Made by a program: the position numbers and the translations under genes. From contig JAGZIW010000006.1 in the NCBI GenBank assembly GCA_018366035.1, forward strand, positions 126,847-190,846: 64,000 nt of DNA, written 5' to 3'. The notes beneath the pieces are model-generated. The model was not told where the DNA came from and did not search any database. It saw nothing but the letters and a program-made list of their open reading frames with translations. Of the stretch, positions 7,743-17,166 are shown in pieces; within the stretch, counting starts at the first letter, position 1; each line of letters starts with the position of its first letter. The DNA comes from Butyricicoccus pullicaecorum (GTDB lineage Bacteria > Bacillota > Clostridia > Oscillospirales > Butyricicoccaceae).

Positions 7743-9323
7743 TCAATTTCCTGCCTGATAGATAACGGCTCCGTCTACAATGGTTGCCAATATCCGAATA
7801 TGCTCCAAGTCACGTTTGGGGATATCGAGGGGATTCTGCTCCAAGATGACAAAGTTTGCCTTTTTACCTTGCGCAAGACTGCCCTTGTCTGTTTCCTCGC
7901 CATACTGATAGGCTGCGTTCAAGGTGACCGCTTTTAAGGCGTCCATAACAGAAACTGCCTGATTCTGATCAAGCGGGATTCCGTTTCGGGTGACGCGGTT
8001 GACTGCACAGCTGATGGTTTTCATCATATCAGGCGGGAGAACAGGGCTGTCCTGATGAAACGTATAGTGCAGATTACATTCCAGCGCATCATGGACGGGA
8101 GAAATGCGGCGGCCGCGCTGCTCCCCGAAGTTTGCCAAATGGATATCACCCCAGTAATAAGTGTGTGCAACAAAAAAGCTTGGAATCATGGAAAGCTTTT
8201 CCATGCGCTGCAATTCTTTCTTTTGCACAAGCTGTGCATGAATCATAACAGGACGACAGGTATCTGTGACAGAATGATCACAAACAACCTTTTCAAATTG
8301 CGTTACAAATTGATCGGCAGCGGCGTCTCCGTTGCAATGTGCCAGCAGCTGTGCATGATCTGCCAGTGCCTGTTCAATGAAATGATACAGTTCGTTATCT
8401 GAATGAATCGGGTAGCCGCAATCGGTTGTTCCCGTATAGGGTTCTTTCACCCATGCGGTTTTTCCCTGCGGAGAGCCGTCCAAAAAGATTTTATAGCCGC
8501 CAAGACGGAAGTGGTTGTGATAGCTGTGCTCCTCTGCATGCTTCTGATAGATTTCACGGCAGTGCGCCAAATCCAGATAGCCAACAACATCGATTTTTAA
8601 CAGCTGTTCGTTGGAAAGCATTTTGAGCAGGGGGTACAGGGTATCGGATACCATACCGTCTTGAATTGTGGTAATGCCATATTGCGCATATATCCTTTGC
8701 GCTTCGACTACATTTTTTTTGAGCACTTCGATATCAAAAGAGGAAATGGATTTTTGAAATTCAATAAATGCGTTTTCTTCCATATAGCCATTGAGACGTC
8801 CTGTGTCTTTGAATCGACCAAAGCGGCCACCCTTCGGTGGTTGTACAGTGTCATCTAGCCCTTCCTTTTGCAAACCGTAAGAGTTGACAACGCCTATGTG
8901 ATTGGATATGTGGATAATCATAATCGGATAATCAGAACCAATCAGATCCAGAACATGACAATCAGGGTGTGCTTTTTCTTTTAAGAAATTTTGGTCGTAA
9001 TTGACGCCGATGACCCATTGTCCCTTGGGAATCTTCCGTTTGCGGATAAATTCCTGCATGGTGGAAACGATATCGTCAAAATCCCTTGCCTCGGATAAAT
9101 CGCACTGAGAAAGCGAATTTGCAAAGCCGATAAAATGGGAGTGTCCATCAATAAAGCCGGGCAAAAGGGTATTGCCCTGCAAATTGATTTTTTCACCCTG
9201 CCAGTCCTTGGGCGGTTCGGTATAAACAGCAAGGATACGATCCGCTTCCACCGCAATCGCTGCTGCCACTGGATTTTTTTCGTCCATCGTGAGAATGGTA
9301 CCGTTATAATATAATGTTTTCAC
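7743..9323 (-). CDS. Amidohydrolase-family (amidohydrolase 3-like) metal-dependent hydrolase.
   Basis: The 526-aa protein carries the N-terminal metal-binding motif GFIDGHSHF and a C-terminal amidohydrolase fold. Confidence 0.75.
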   Translation of the reverse strand: MKTLYYNGTILTMDEKNPVAAAIAVEADRILAVYTEPPKDWQGEKINLQGNTLLPGFIDGHSHFIGFANSLSQCDLSEARDFDDIVSTMQEFIRKRKIPKGQWVIGVNYDQNFLKEKAHPDCHVLDLIGSDYPIMIIHISNHIGVVNSYGLQKEGLDDTVQPPKGGRFGRFKDTGRLNGYMEENAFIEFQKSISSFDIEVLKKNVVEAQRIYAQYGITTIQDGMVSDTLYPLLKMLSNEQLLKIDVVGYLDLAHCREIYQKHAEEHSYHNHFRLGGYKIFLDGSPQGKTAWVKEPYTGTTDCGYPIHSDNELYHFIEQALADHAQLLAHCNGDAAADQFVTQFEKVVCDHSVTDTCRPVMIHAQLVQKKELQRMEKLSMIPSFFVAHTYYWGDIHLANFGEQRGRRISPVHDALECNLHYTFHQDSPVLPPDMMKTISCAVNRVTRNGIPLDQNQAVSVMDALKAVTLNAAYQYGEETDKGSLAQGKKANFVILEQNPLDIPKRDLEHIRILATIVDGAVIYQAGN

Positions 9324-9398
9324 ATGCGCTCCTCCTGTGCTGTTATCAGTATTTGTAGTTTGTGATTTATGCAGGCTTGTTCATACAACAATTTGCTC

Positions 9399-10316
9399 CT
9401 ATGTTATGGCATCTTTGGATTTTCTGGTATAGTTTGCTGCTATAATGCCGGCACTGACAAGACCCAATGCGCACCAGCTTTGGAATGTCCAGCTTCTCTC
9501 AGATAGAAAGACGGCGGACAGAATCGCGCCAAATACCGGAATGAGGAACCCGTATAGTGATACGGTGCCAACGGGCCACTTTTTCAGCAGCGTTGTCCAA
9601 ATGGTAAATGCGGCAGACGATAAAATGATAAGATAAAGCATCAGGAAGCAGCCCTTAATGGATAGCGTTCCAATCGAACCACCGCCGCCATAGCCCAGAG
9701 CAAGCAGGAAGATACCGCCCAGTGTGAGCTGCCAGCCGGTGAGAACCATGGGGTCCCGTCCGGCTGTCATCACACGGGACACCAAAGCGCCCATGCCGGC
9801 AGAAGCCGCTGACAGAAGTACCAGCCCATCACCCATGAGCGAGAAGCCCCCCAAATCTCCGCCCAGCTGCAAAAGCACGACACCGGAAAATCCCATGAGA
9901 CAGCCGATTGTCTTTGTCAGCGTCAGCTTATCATTTGCCAGAAAGATATGGGCAAACAGAATGGCAAAGAATGTCTGTGTGCCGGAAAGCAAAGCGCCCT
10001 TGGTTCCGGTTGTGTGGGACAAACCAATATAATAGCATACATATTGAATGATGCTTTGGAAAAGACAAATTGACAAAATGGCACCAATGTTGCTTCGATT
10101 GATGGGTATGTTACGCTTTCCGATAAGAAGCGCAATCATGAGTGTTAGAATTCCCGCCATTGTAAAGCGCCAGCCTGCAAACACCAGCTGTGAAAAGGAA
10201 TCCGAGCCGATTCCAAAGAGTGCGTAGCCGACCTTGATGCAGGGCACGGCGCTGCCCCACAATGCTGTGGTCAGGATTGCCGGTAATACCAATGTGAACA
10301 GTTTATGCTTTTGCAA
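9399..10316 (-). CDS. EamA/DMT-family transporter.
   Basis: The 305-aa protein has 10 predicted TM helices and two EamA-like halves. Confidence 0.75.
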   Translation of the reverse strand: MQKHKLFTLVLPAILTTALWGSAVPCIKVGYALFGIGSDSFSQLVFAGWRFTMAGILTLMIALLIGKRNIPINRSNIGAILSICLFQSIIQYVCYYIGLSHTTGTKGALLSGTQTFFAILFAHIFLANDKLTLTKTIGCLMGFSGVVLLQLGGDLGGFSLMGDGLVLLSAASAGMGALVSRVMTAGRDPMVLTGWQLTLGGIFLLALGYGGGGSIGTLSIKGCFLMLYLIILSSAAFTIWTTLLKKWPVGTVSLYGFLIPVFGAILSAVFLSERSWTFQSWCALGLVSAGIIAANYTRKSKDAIT

Positions 10317-10380
10317 ACCTTTTCCCCCTTATTCTGTCCTGCACAGCGTGCGTACAGGATACTATTTTCAGATCGGTATT

Positions 10381-10409
10381 ATAATAGCATGTTTTTCTGT
10401 TTTTGTAAA
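10381..10409 (-). promoter_or_regulatory. Predicted promoter of the DMT transporter gene.
   Basis: Minus strand reads TTTACA -17 nt- TATTAT. The perfect palindrome ATATGTCAcaaaTGACATAT at 10432..10451 lies about 25 bp upstream. Confidence 0.45.
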
Positions 10410-10556
10410 TCTATGGGCATTTATCTGAGAGATATGTCACAAATGACATATATTTTCATTGCAGATATAGATGCCCCCTGCAGCGCCAGCTATGCGATGC
10501 AGGGGGAGAAAATAGGGACTGAAAATATAAGATTAGCTGTCCGCAATGCAGCTGTG

Positions 10557-11900
10557 TCAAAGCGCCAGCATGACAGAGGAGTGAAACACATGCAGGTCGT
10601 GAGTGAACTCCACCCCTCCATCGTATTTGTCTGCAATCGCCTCGATATTACGCAGCCCCAAACCGCTGTGATTAGGTTTGCTGGAAATATATCGGCCACC
10701 AACTTTTTTTGTTTCCTCGTGAAAGCCATTGTCCACAGTAATTGCCAGCATTTGCCCGTAACAGAGCATGTGAAACTGTATGAATCGCTCGTCCGGCTCT
10801 CCGCGGCTGGCAGCGTAGATGGCGTTTTCCAGCAGATTGCCGAGGATCACAGAAAGGTCGATATCCGAAATGGAAAGCGTATCAGGAATCTGGATACGGG
10901 CGTCAAAGCGAATATCCTCTTGTATGGCGATAGTCTGATAGTATCCAACGACCATGTTGACTATGGGGTTGTGGCAGAGCTCGATTAACTCATCTTGCTG
11001 AACAGCACACAGATACTGTTCCAAATATTCGCTTGCTTCCTGTACTTGGCCACGCTGCAAGAAGCCTTGCAGCGTAATAATATGATGCCGCATATCGTGA
11101 CGCAGCCGGCGGCTGTTCTCGATGTTGGTACAAATGTGATGATACTGTTCCTTTTGAATGGAAAGCAGGTGGCGGGTCTGACTTGTATCGTGCTGAGAGC
11201 GCAGCTTTTCATAGGAGAGATATATCATTTTGAAGAAGATGAGATAAATCGTCAGAACCAGCGCAAACAGGGCAAAATACAGGAACAGAGACATTGGATT
11301 ATAGAGGTATTCATAGTCGATGAAAGACAGCCCCACGGTCAGCAGCAGAAAGAGAAACAAGGGAAGTCCCGATAGATAGGTACATTCCTTGGCTGTCAGC
11401 TCAGCTTCCATCGGGCAGTAGTACCGAATCAGAATCAATAGGAACAAGGGCAGAATCAGTGCGGTGCTCAAAGCCAGACTGATAATTGTCCAGCTGCGGT
11501 AGGGAAGCCCGTCATAACCAGTGGAGGGGAGCAGGCGGGTACAGATGACATTGTTGATAGAAGTGATTACCAGTCCGCAGGTAAGGACAAAGGAAAAAAT
11601 AAATAGTTTTTTCTGCCAGATTTCTCTGACCAAATACAGATACCAGATCAGGCAGGGAAACAGACACAGGATAAAGGCCACGTTGACTGCTTGAAACAGG
11701 GTGTGGTCAGGAGGAAACAGCTGCTGTAAAGTACAGCCACCGATTGCAAAAAGTATAGCAAGTGTCAGGATCAGCCAAAGAGTCAAGACTACAGAGCGCT
11801 TTGTGGACAAGCGAAGATGTTTGCGGTAGGGATAAAACGCAAGGACAGCAAAGGGAATAATTTGCAGCAAAAAGCCGGTAAACAGTCGGAGAAAGGTCAT
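10557..11900 (-). CDS. Membrane sensor histidine kinase of the AgrC/ComD/BlpH-like (HPK10, GHKL HATPase_c_5) type.
   Basis: The 447-aa protein has about 8-10 TM helices. It has the H-box RHDMRHHIITLQG and a C-terminal GHKL ATPase region (N-box LLENAIYA, G-box GLGLRNIEAIADKYDGG). Its cognate LytTR regulator lies immediately upstream. Confidence 0.8.
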   Translation of the reverse strand: MTFLRLFTGFLLQIIPFAVLAFYPYRKHLRLSTKRSVVLTLWLILTLAILFAIGGCTLQQLFPPDHTLFQAVNVAFILCLFPCLIWYLYLVREIWQKKLFIFSFVLTCGLVITSINNVICTRLLPSTGYDGLPYRSWTIISLALSTALILPLFLLILIRYYCPMEAELTAKECTYLSGLPLFLFLLLTVGLSFIDYEYLYNPMSLFLYFALFALVLTIYLIFFKMIYLSYEKLRSQHDTSQTRHLLSIQKEQYHHICTNIENSRRLRHDMRHHIITLQGFLQRGQVQEASEYLEQYLCAVQQDELIELCHNPIVNMVVGYYQTIAIQEDIRFDARIQIPDTLSISDIDLSVILGNLLENAIYAASRGEPDERFIQFHMLCYGQMLAITVDNGFHEETKKVGGRYISSKPNHSGLGLRNIEAIADKYDGGVEFTHDLHVFHSSVMLAL

Positions 11901-11905
11901 GGCAT

Positions 11906-12616
11906 TTACCTCCGTGTCAGGTCGAATAGGAATCGTTGGTACTGTGCTTTGAGTTCGGCACGATTGTTTCTGGAAAGAGAAATTTCGGTTCCATCTTTCA
12001 GAATCAGCTTGCTGGAGAGAAAGGAACGAATAAATTCCATATTCACCACAAAGCTGCGCTGAGGTCGCAGAAAACGGCAGCTGTCCAATTGTTCAAAGAG
12101 CGTATTTAGAGAAGTGTAGGTCTGAAACTGCTGTGTATTTGTATGAACGATACACAGCTTATTAAACACCTCGATATAGGTGATTCGTTTGGCTGGAATA
12201 GAAATGCTGCCTTGACTGCTATGAATGTGCAAAACAGGGTTGGCACTCTCTCCCAAACGGGTAAGACAGCGATCCATTGCTTCCCACACGGCGGACTGCT
12301 CTAAGGGTTTGAGCAGATAGTGCACTGCGCCCAGACCAAAGGCTTCAATGGCGTGCTCTCGACTAGTGGTGATGAATACGACCTGTGGATCTCCGCCCAG
12401 ATGCCGAATGACTTCTGTGCCCAGAAGCCCGTCTAGATAAATATCCATGAAGATGATTTGAAAGCTCTGTGACATATCTAAAAGCGCTTCTCCTCTGAAA
12501 AAGCGTGTAATGGCAAATTCCAGACCGTGTGTGGATTGGTATGCCCGAAGAAAGGCTTCCAGAATATCGAGTTGCTGCGGTTCATCATCGCACAGCGCGA
12601 TCTGCAAGAGGAACAC
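11906..12616 (-). CDS. LytTR-family response regulator (ComE/AgrA-like).
   Basis: The receiver domain has an acidic N-terminus (LCDDEP) and the phospho-acceptor in IIFMDIYLDG. The C-terminal LytTR domain reads …YIEVFNKLCIVHTNTQQF…FLRPQRSFVVNMEFI. Confidence 0.85.
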   Translation of the reverse strand: MFLLQIALCDDEPQQLDILEAFLRAYQSTHGLEFAITRFFRGEALLDMSQSFQIIFMDIYLDGLLGTEVIRHLGGDPQVVFITTSREHAIEAFGLGAVHYLLKPLEQSAVWEAMDRCLTRLGESANPVLHIHSSQGSISIPAKRITYIEVFNKLCIVHTNTQQFQTYTSLNTLFEQLDSCRFLRPQRSFVVNMEFIRSFLSSKLILKDGTEISLSRNNRAELKAQYQRFLFDLTRR

Positions 12617-12969
12617 TTCCTTTCCTTATGATTTAGTTTATCATAACAACAAATCTGTTTCAGCACAACAAGTTATTTCGTAAAAAGCAGATTTTTGGCG
12701 TGAACTGCACATCTATGATTGGGGCGAGTCATATATAATAAAGATAAACCAAAAAGGTGAATCAAATTTTAATTAAGAAAGAGGCAGATGTTCTCTGTAG
12801 GAAAGGAGAGCACCTGTATTAGAAATTGATTCCACAATAGAAAGTTCCTATATAGATTAAGGTGTGCAATCTATTGCAGGGGCGCAGCAGACCCGTAATT
12901 GCAATAATTCATATGAGTTTAAGCCATTTTTTGATGACAAACAAGGGGAAGTGAAGAGGGGAAAAGGTC

Positions 12970-14133
12970 ATGAGAGTGTTGCAAAAGATAGGTATATTAT
13001 GTCTGACAATGTTTATAATGGCGGTGCTGACTGCTTGTGAAGCAGGGAAGGATCCTCAAAAAACTGTCGAAAAAACGACTGTACGTATAGCAGTAATGGG
13101 AAATCCTGAAAATTTTTACGCTTCTTATATGGACGGTATAGAAGCAGCTGTTTCTGATGTCCAAAAGGAGTATGCAGATACCGAATATCTCTTTGATGTT
13201 GAGTTTTTCAACGATGAATCAAATTATGAAAAAGGCATGAAAATTGTTGACCAATTGATACACAATGATGATTTTATCGGTGTAATCGGTTCGAGAAATA
13301 TGGAAATTAGCAGTGGAACCGCACATATTTTCGATGAGTACGGAAAGGTTTTCGTTGCACCATATTATATGTATGACAGTGTGTGTGCGGATAACTATTA
13401 TGATTATGTTTTTTCCATGTGCAGTTCTGCTAAAAATACAGGAATCCTTTTAAGAAAAGCAGCAGAGCAGAGCAATGCTGAAAAATGGGCAGCATGCTTC
13501 ACTTCCCGTGAATTTGAGAGAGACGAACTGATTGGTTTTGTAAATTATCAAGGTTACAAAACCGAAGTCGTAGACTGCATATCCATAGAGGAATTGAGTA
13601 AGGATTTCGATGCAGTGTATGATAAATGGGAGCTGTTAGGGGTGGAAGGTGTTGCTTTCTTTGTAAAAGAATTGGAAGGACATAACATCTTGAAGAAGCT
13701 GAAAGCGAAAAATCCGAATCTGGTTTGCGCAGGCGATATCTTATTTGATGACAGCTTGATGATGGAGGAAGATGCAGCATTTGAAGCCGGAATGAAAGAC
13801 TTCATCATAGCAGACGCTTTCTATTTAGATGAGAATGACGAAAGTGAAAACCAGAAGGTTGATCAGATTGCACAAAGCTATCTTCGTGAAAAGGGTATTC
13901 AGATAGATTATTGGTATTTGCAGGGCTATAATGCAGTGCGTATGCTTTGCGATACTGTTGTAAAAAATAAAACGACAGATCCAAAGGTGATAGCTGAGGC
14001 TTTGCACGTTGATGGATATGACGGGCTTATGCAGATATTCCAGTTTGATATGCGCGGTGTTCAGACCAAGGTTCCTGATTATTATCAAATCTATACATCA
14101 GAGGGCACTTGGAAGAAATATATTGCACATTAG
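12970..14133 (+). CDS. Lipoprotein with a type-I periplasmic-binding-protein (Leu/Ile/Val- or amide-receptor-like) fold.
   Basis: Lipobox LTAC after the signal peptide. The two-lobed PBP-like sequence (IAVMGNPEN…IGVIGSRNM…) is present. It is the first gene of the exporter operon and no permease or ATPase partner is adjacent. Confidence 0.65.
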   Translation: MRVLQKIGILCLTMFIMAVLTACEAGKDPQKTVEKTTVRIAVMGNPENFYASYMDGIEAAVSDVQKEYADTEYLFDVEFFNDESNYEKGMKIVDQLIHNDDFIGVIGSRNMEISSGTAHIFDEYGKVFVAPYYMYDSVCADNYYDYVFSMCSSAKNTGILLRKAAEQSNAEKWAACFTSREFERDELIGFVNYQGYKTEVVDCISIEELSKDFDAVYDKWELLGVEGVAFFVKELEGHNILKKLKAKNPNLVCAGDILFDDSLMMEEDAAFEAGMKDFIIADAFYLDENDESENQKVDQIAQSYLREKGIQIDYWYLQGYNAVRMLCDTVVKNKTTDPKVIAEALHVDGYDGLMQIFQFDMRGVQTKVPDYYQIYTSEGTWKKYIAH

Positions 14134-14144
14134 GGGGATCGTTA

Positions 14145-15019
14145 TGGGATTGTTCAGAGAAAAAGCCATGCAAAGCAGCAGTACATTATCTGATGTCGGA
14201 AGGGGAATTGCAGGTATTCGTATTTCTGTATGGCTTTCGGTCATGGGTCTTGGAATTTGTGCTGCCGTTTTTATGATATGGCTGTTTTTCGGCACGATAT
14301 ATGAGACTGTTTCCGTTACTGGACTTGTATGGCCTTTGGAATCTGGAGGAACAGTATATGCGGAAACAACAGGTATTGTAACAGGACAAGTGATATATTC
14401 TGGTGCAGAGGTGAAAGCTGGAGATATTTTGGCGATTTTATACGATGATGAAGCACTCATGCAGCTCGATCTTGCCAAAACAGAAAATTCTTCTGCCTTT
14501 GCAGAATTACAAAAAAAGTACATTAGAAAAACGGTTGTTCGTTCTCATGTTGACGGTATCGTATCGCACATTGTAGATAAGGATACTCGTGTTGCCGAAG
14601 GTGAAGTAGTAGCAGAGGTCATTCCCTTTGATAAAGACGGAAATAATAAAAGAATTACCACATTTATTCCGGCTGATCGGTTAGATCAAATCGAAAATAA
14701 TATGGAGGTTCAGATTGTCCCCGAATTTGCGTCACGGGATAGGGACGGATATGTCTATGGTTATATATCGAGTGTTGGAAAATATCCAATAACCGGAGAA
14801 TATGTCAAGCAGTATTATGATTCTATATTTTCTTTGGGTATCGATATGCAGGAAAAGTATATCTGTGTGGAAATCACAATGGTTTCCGACGCAAACGCAA
14901 AAAGTGGATTAAAATGGTCCAATACAAAAAGTGAGGAAATTGATATAGGTCTGGGAACGCTCTGCCATTGCGATGTTGTCACCAATAAGCTGCAGCCATA
15001 CCAGTATTTGGTCAGGTAG
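14145..15019 (+). CDS. HlyD-family membrane-fusion/adaptor protein (bacteriocin-secretion accessory type).
   Basis: The RBS GGGGGA precedes ATG(MGLFRE). There is one N-terminal TM helix and a biotin-lipoyl-like hairpin (VIYSGAEVKAGDILAILYD). It is shorter than LcnD/ComB (291 aa). Confidence 0.7.
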
Positions 15020-15027
15020 GTGACAGT

Positions 15028-17166
15028 ATGAAAAAAGTGAAAAAGGTAAAACCAGTATTACAGATGGAGGTTACGGAATGTGGTGCAGCTTCACTTTGTA
15101 TGATACTGGATTATTATGGAAAATCAGTTGCGATGGAGCAGCTGCGTCTTGAGTGCGGGGTTTCCAGAAATGGCGTCAATGCAAAAAATATAGCAAGAGC
15201 CTCTATGCTGCATGGGCTCAAGCCACGCGCCTTAAAGGTGGGCGTACATGCAGCAAAGGAATTGAAATTTCCTGCCATCATTCACTGGAATATGGATCAC
15301 TTTGTGGTGCTTTGCGGATTCACAAAAAAAGGTGCTGTGATTGCAGATCCAGCGTCAGGGCTAAGATATGTACTGGAAGAAGAATTTTCCAAAAACTTTA
15401 CTGGGATTGCGCTGGAATTTACACCGAATGAAAGCTTTGAAAAAAATAGAACGCTGAAAAAGGATTATATCAAATCCTGTCTAAAATCGTTCGCACTCGT
15501 TCTGATTATATTTGTGGTTTGTGAGTTTTGCATGCTCATATCTGGCGGTGTTCTTCCTTTTCTAAACTCAGTATACATTAATAAAGTGCTTTTAGATGGT
15601 AAAATGCAGCAGCTTTCCTTTGCAACTGCGGTATTACTTATTTGTTTGTTGATTGCTTTTTTTGGTGGTGTGATAAGGGCATATACCATAAACAAAATTG
15701 TAAAACAGTTGAATGCGAAATTGAATTTTGGATTTTTTGAGCATATATTAAAATTTCCCATAGAATTTTTCTTGCAGAGAAATTCCGGAGAGCTGGCTAT
15801 GAGGCAGGGGGAAGTGATGAATACGGGAAGATGGATTGTGATGATGCTGCCGTTTATCTTCACATCAATGCTTCAGATTTTCATATATCTGACACTTTTG
15901 ATTTTTATGAATCTAAAAATTGCAATCATTGGTGCTGTTATGGTCGTAGTGAATGCAATAGCCGTGGTAATCGCTTCCAAGCGGTATCGGGAAAAGGTTA
16001 TGAGATCTGATCGGGAACGCGCCACGCTGCAAGGGCTTATTTCGCAAACTATAGACGCTGTGGAAACGATAAAATCCTGTGGCTGTGAAGATGCTGTTTT
16101 TGAAAGGCTGATTTCTGCCGGCAGTATCGCAATCAATGCAAGAACAGAGATCGAAAAGACCACAGTTCTCACCAATACAGTATTTACATTTTTGAACGCT
16201 TTTTCCTCAGCTTTGGTGATTGTGGCAGGTGTATGGGAAATCTTATTCAGTTCTTTGACGACAGGCTCCCTGATTGCGCTTCAGGGGGTTATGGCGGCAA
16301 TGCTGGCACCAATTGGAAACGCGATGAATATGGGATTTCAGATGCAGCAGCTCTCTGGTATGACACACAGAACAAATGATGTCATGCGCTATATGACAGA
16401 TACAAAGTTTGCCGAAGCTGAGCAGAAAGAGTTAACAGAGCTGGACAGTGACATAACATTTGAAAACATCACGTTCGGATATAGCCCTTTGGATACGCCA
16501 ATTTTAAAGGATTTTCATTTCCATATAAAAAAAGGAGGCAGTCTAGCCATAGTAGGCGGCAGTGGCAGTGGAAAATCTACTGTTGCAAAGCTGATTGCAG
16601 GATTGTTTTGTGAACAAAACGGTAAGATATTTTTTGGCAGCAGCGAAAGAAAGGAAATCGGACGAGATGACTTCTATTCGGAGGTTGCAGTCGTAACACA
16701 AAGTATCAGGCTTTTTGAGGGAACTGTGCTGGATAATATCACCATGTTTGACAATACCATTCCGTATGATGATGTTGTCGCTGCGGCAAAAATCGCTTGT
16801 ATTCATGAGGGGATTATTGCAAGACCTTCAGGTTATCGTGAGTGGGTGTCAGAAAATGGAAGAAATTTTTCAGGTGGGCAAAGACAGAGAATTGAAATTG
16901 CAAGAGCAATTGTGAAAAAGCCAAAACTGCTGATTATGGACGAGGCAACAAGCGCCTTAGATGCGGACACGGAAATGGATATTATGCAGGCAGTGTCTGA
17001 CATGGGAATCACAACGATTGTAGTAGCACACAGGCTTTCTGCAATAAGATATTGCGATAGTATCATTGTTATGAGAAATGGAGAGATTGCAGAACGTGGT
17101 ACGCACCATGAGCTTATGGCAATGGACGGAGAATATGCTGCGCTTCAGAGAGAAGGTGATATCTAG
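15028..17166 (+). CDS. Peptidase-C39 domain ABC transporter (bacteriocin/peptide-pheromone exporter, ComA/LagD-like).
   Basis: The N-terminal C39 domain has catalytic Cys18 (VTECGAASLCMILDYYG) and His (HFVVL). It also has a 6-TM permease domain and an NBD with Walker A GGSGSGKST, signature SGGQRQRIEIARA and Walker B LLIMDEAT. Confidence 0.9.
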   Translation: MKKVKKVKPVLQMEVTECGAASLCMILDYYGKSVAMEQLRLECGVSRNGVNAKNIARASMLHGLKPRALKVGVHAAKELKFPAIIHWNMDHFVVLCGFTKKGAVIADPASGLRYVLEEEFSKNFTGIALEFTPNESFEKNRTLKKDYIKSCLKSFALVLIIFVVCEFCMLISGGVLPFLNSVYINKVLLDGKMQQLSFATAVLLICLLIAFFGGVIRAYTINKIVKQLNAKLNFGFFEHILKFPIEFFLQRNSGELAMRQGEVMNTGRWIVMMLPFIFTSMLQIFIYLTLLIFMNLKIAIIGAVMVVVNAIAVVIASKRYREKVMRSDRERATLQGLISQTIDAVETIKSCGCEDAVFERLISAGSIAINARTEIEKTTVLTNTVFTFLNAFSSALVIVAGVWEILFSSLTTGSLIALQGVMAAMLAPIGNAMNMGFQMQQLSGMTHRTNDVMRYMTDTKFAEAEQKELTELDSDITFENITFGYSPLDTPILKDFHFHIKKGGSLAIVGGSGSGKSTVAKLIAGLFCEQNGKIFFGSSERKEIGRDDFYSEVAVVTQSIRLFEGTVLDNITMFDNTIPYDDVVAAAKIACIHEGIIARPSGYREWVSENGRNFSGGQRQRIEIARAIVKKPKLLIMDEATSALDADTEMDIMQAVSDMGITTIVVAHRLSAIRYCDSIIVMRNGEIAERGTHHELMAMDGEYAALQREGDI

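Noticed and set aside
12478-12666. A 62-aa minus-strand ORF at the regulator/intergenic boundary, and other small ORFs in 12617..12969.
   Set aside because: It overlaps the 3' end of the LytTR gene in another frame, and no RBS or GG-leader-like motif was found. A check for a second pheromone gene here was negative.
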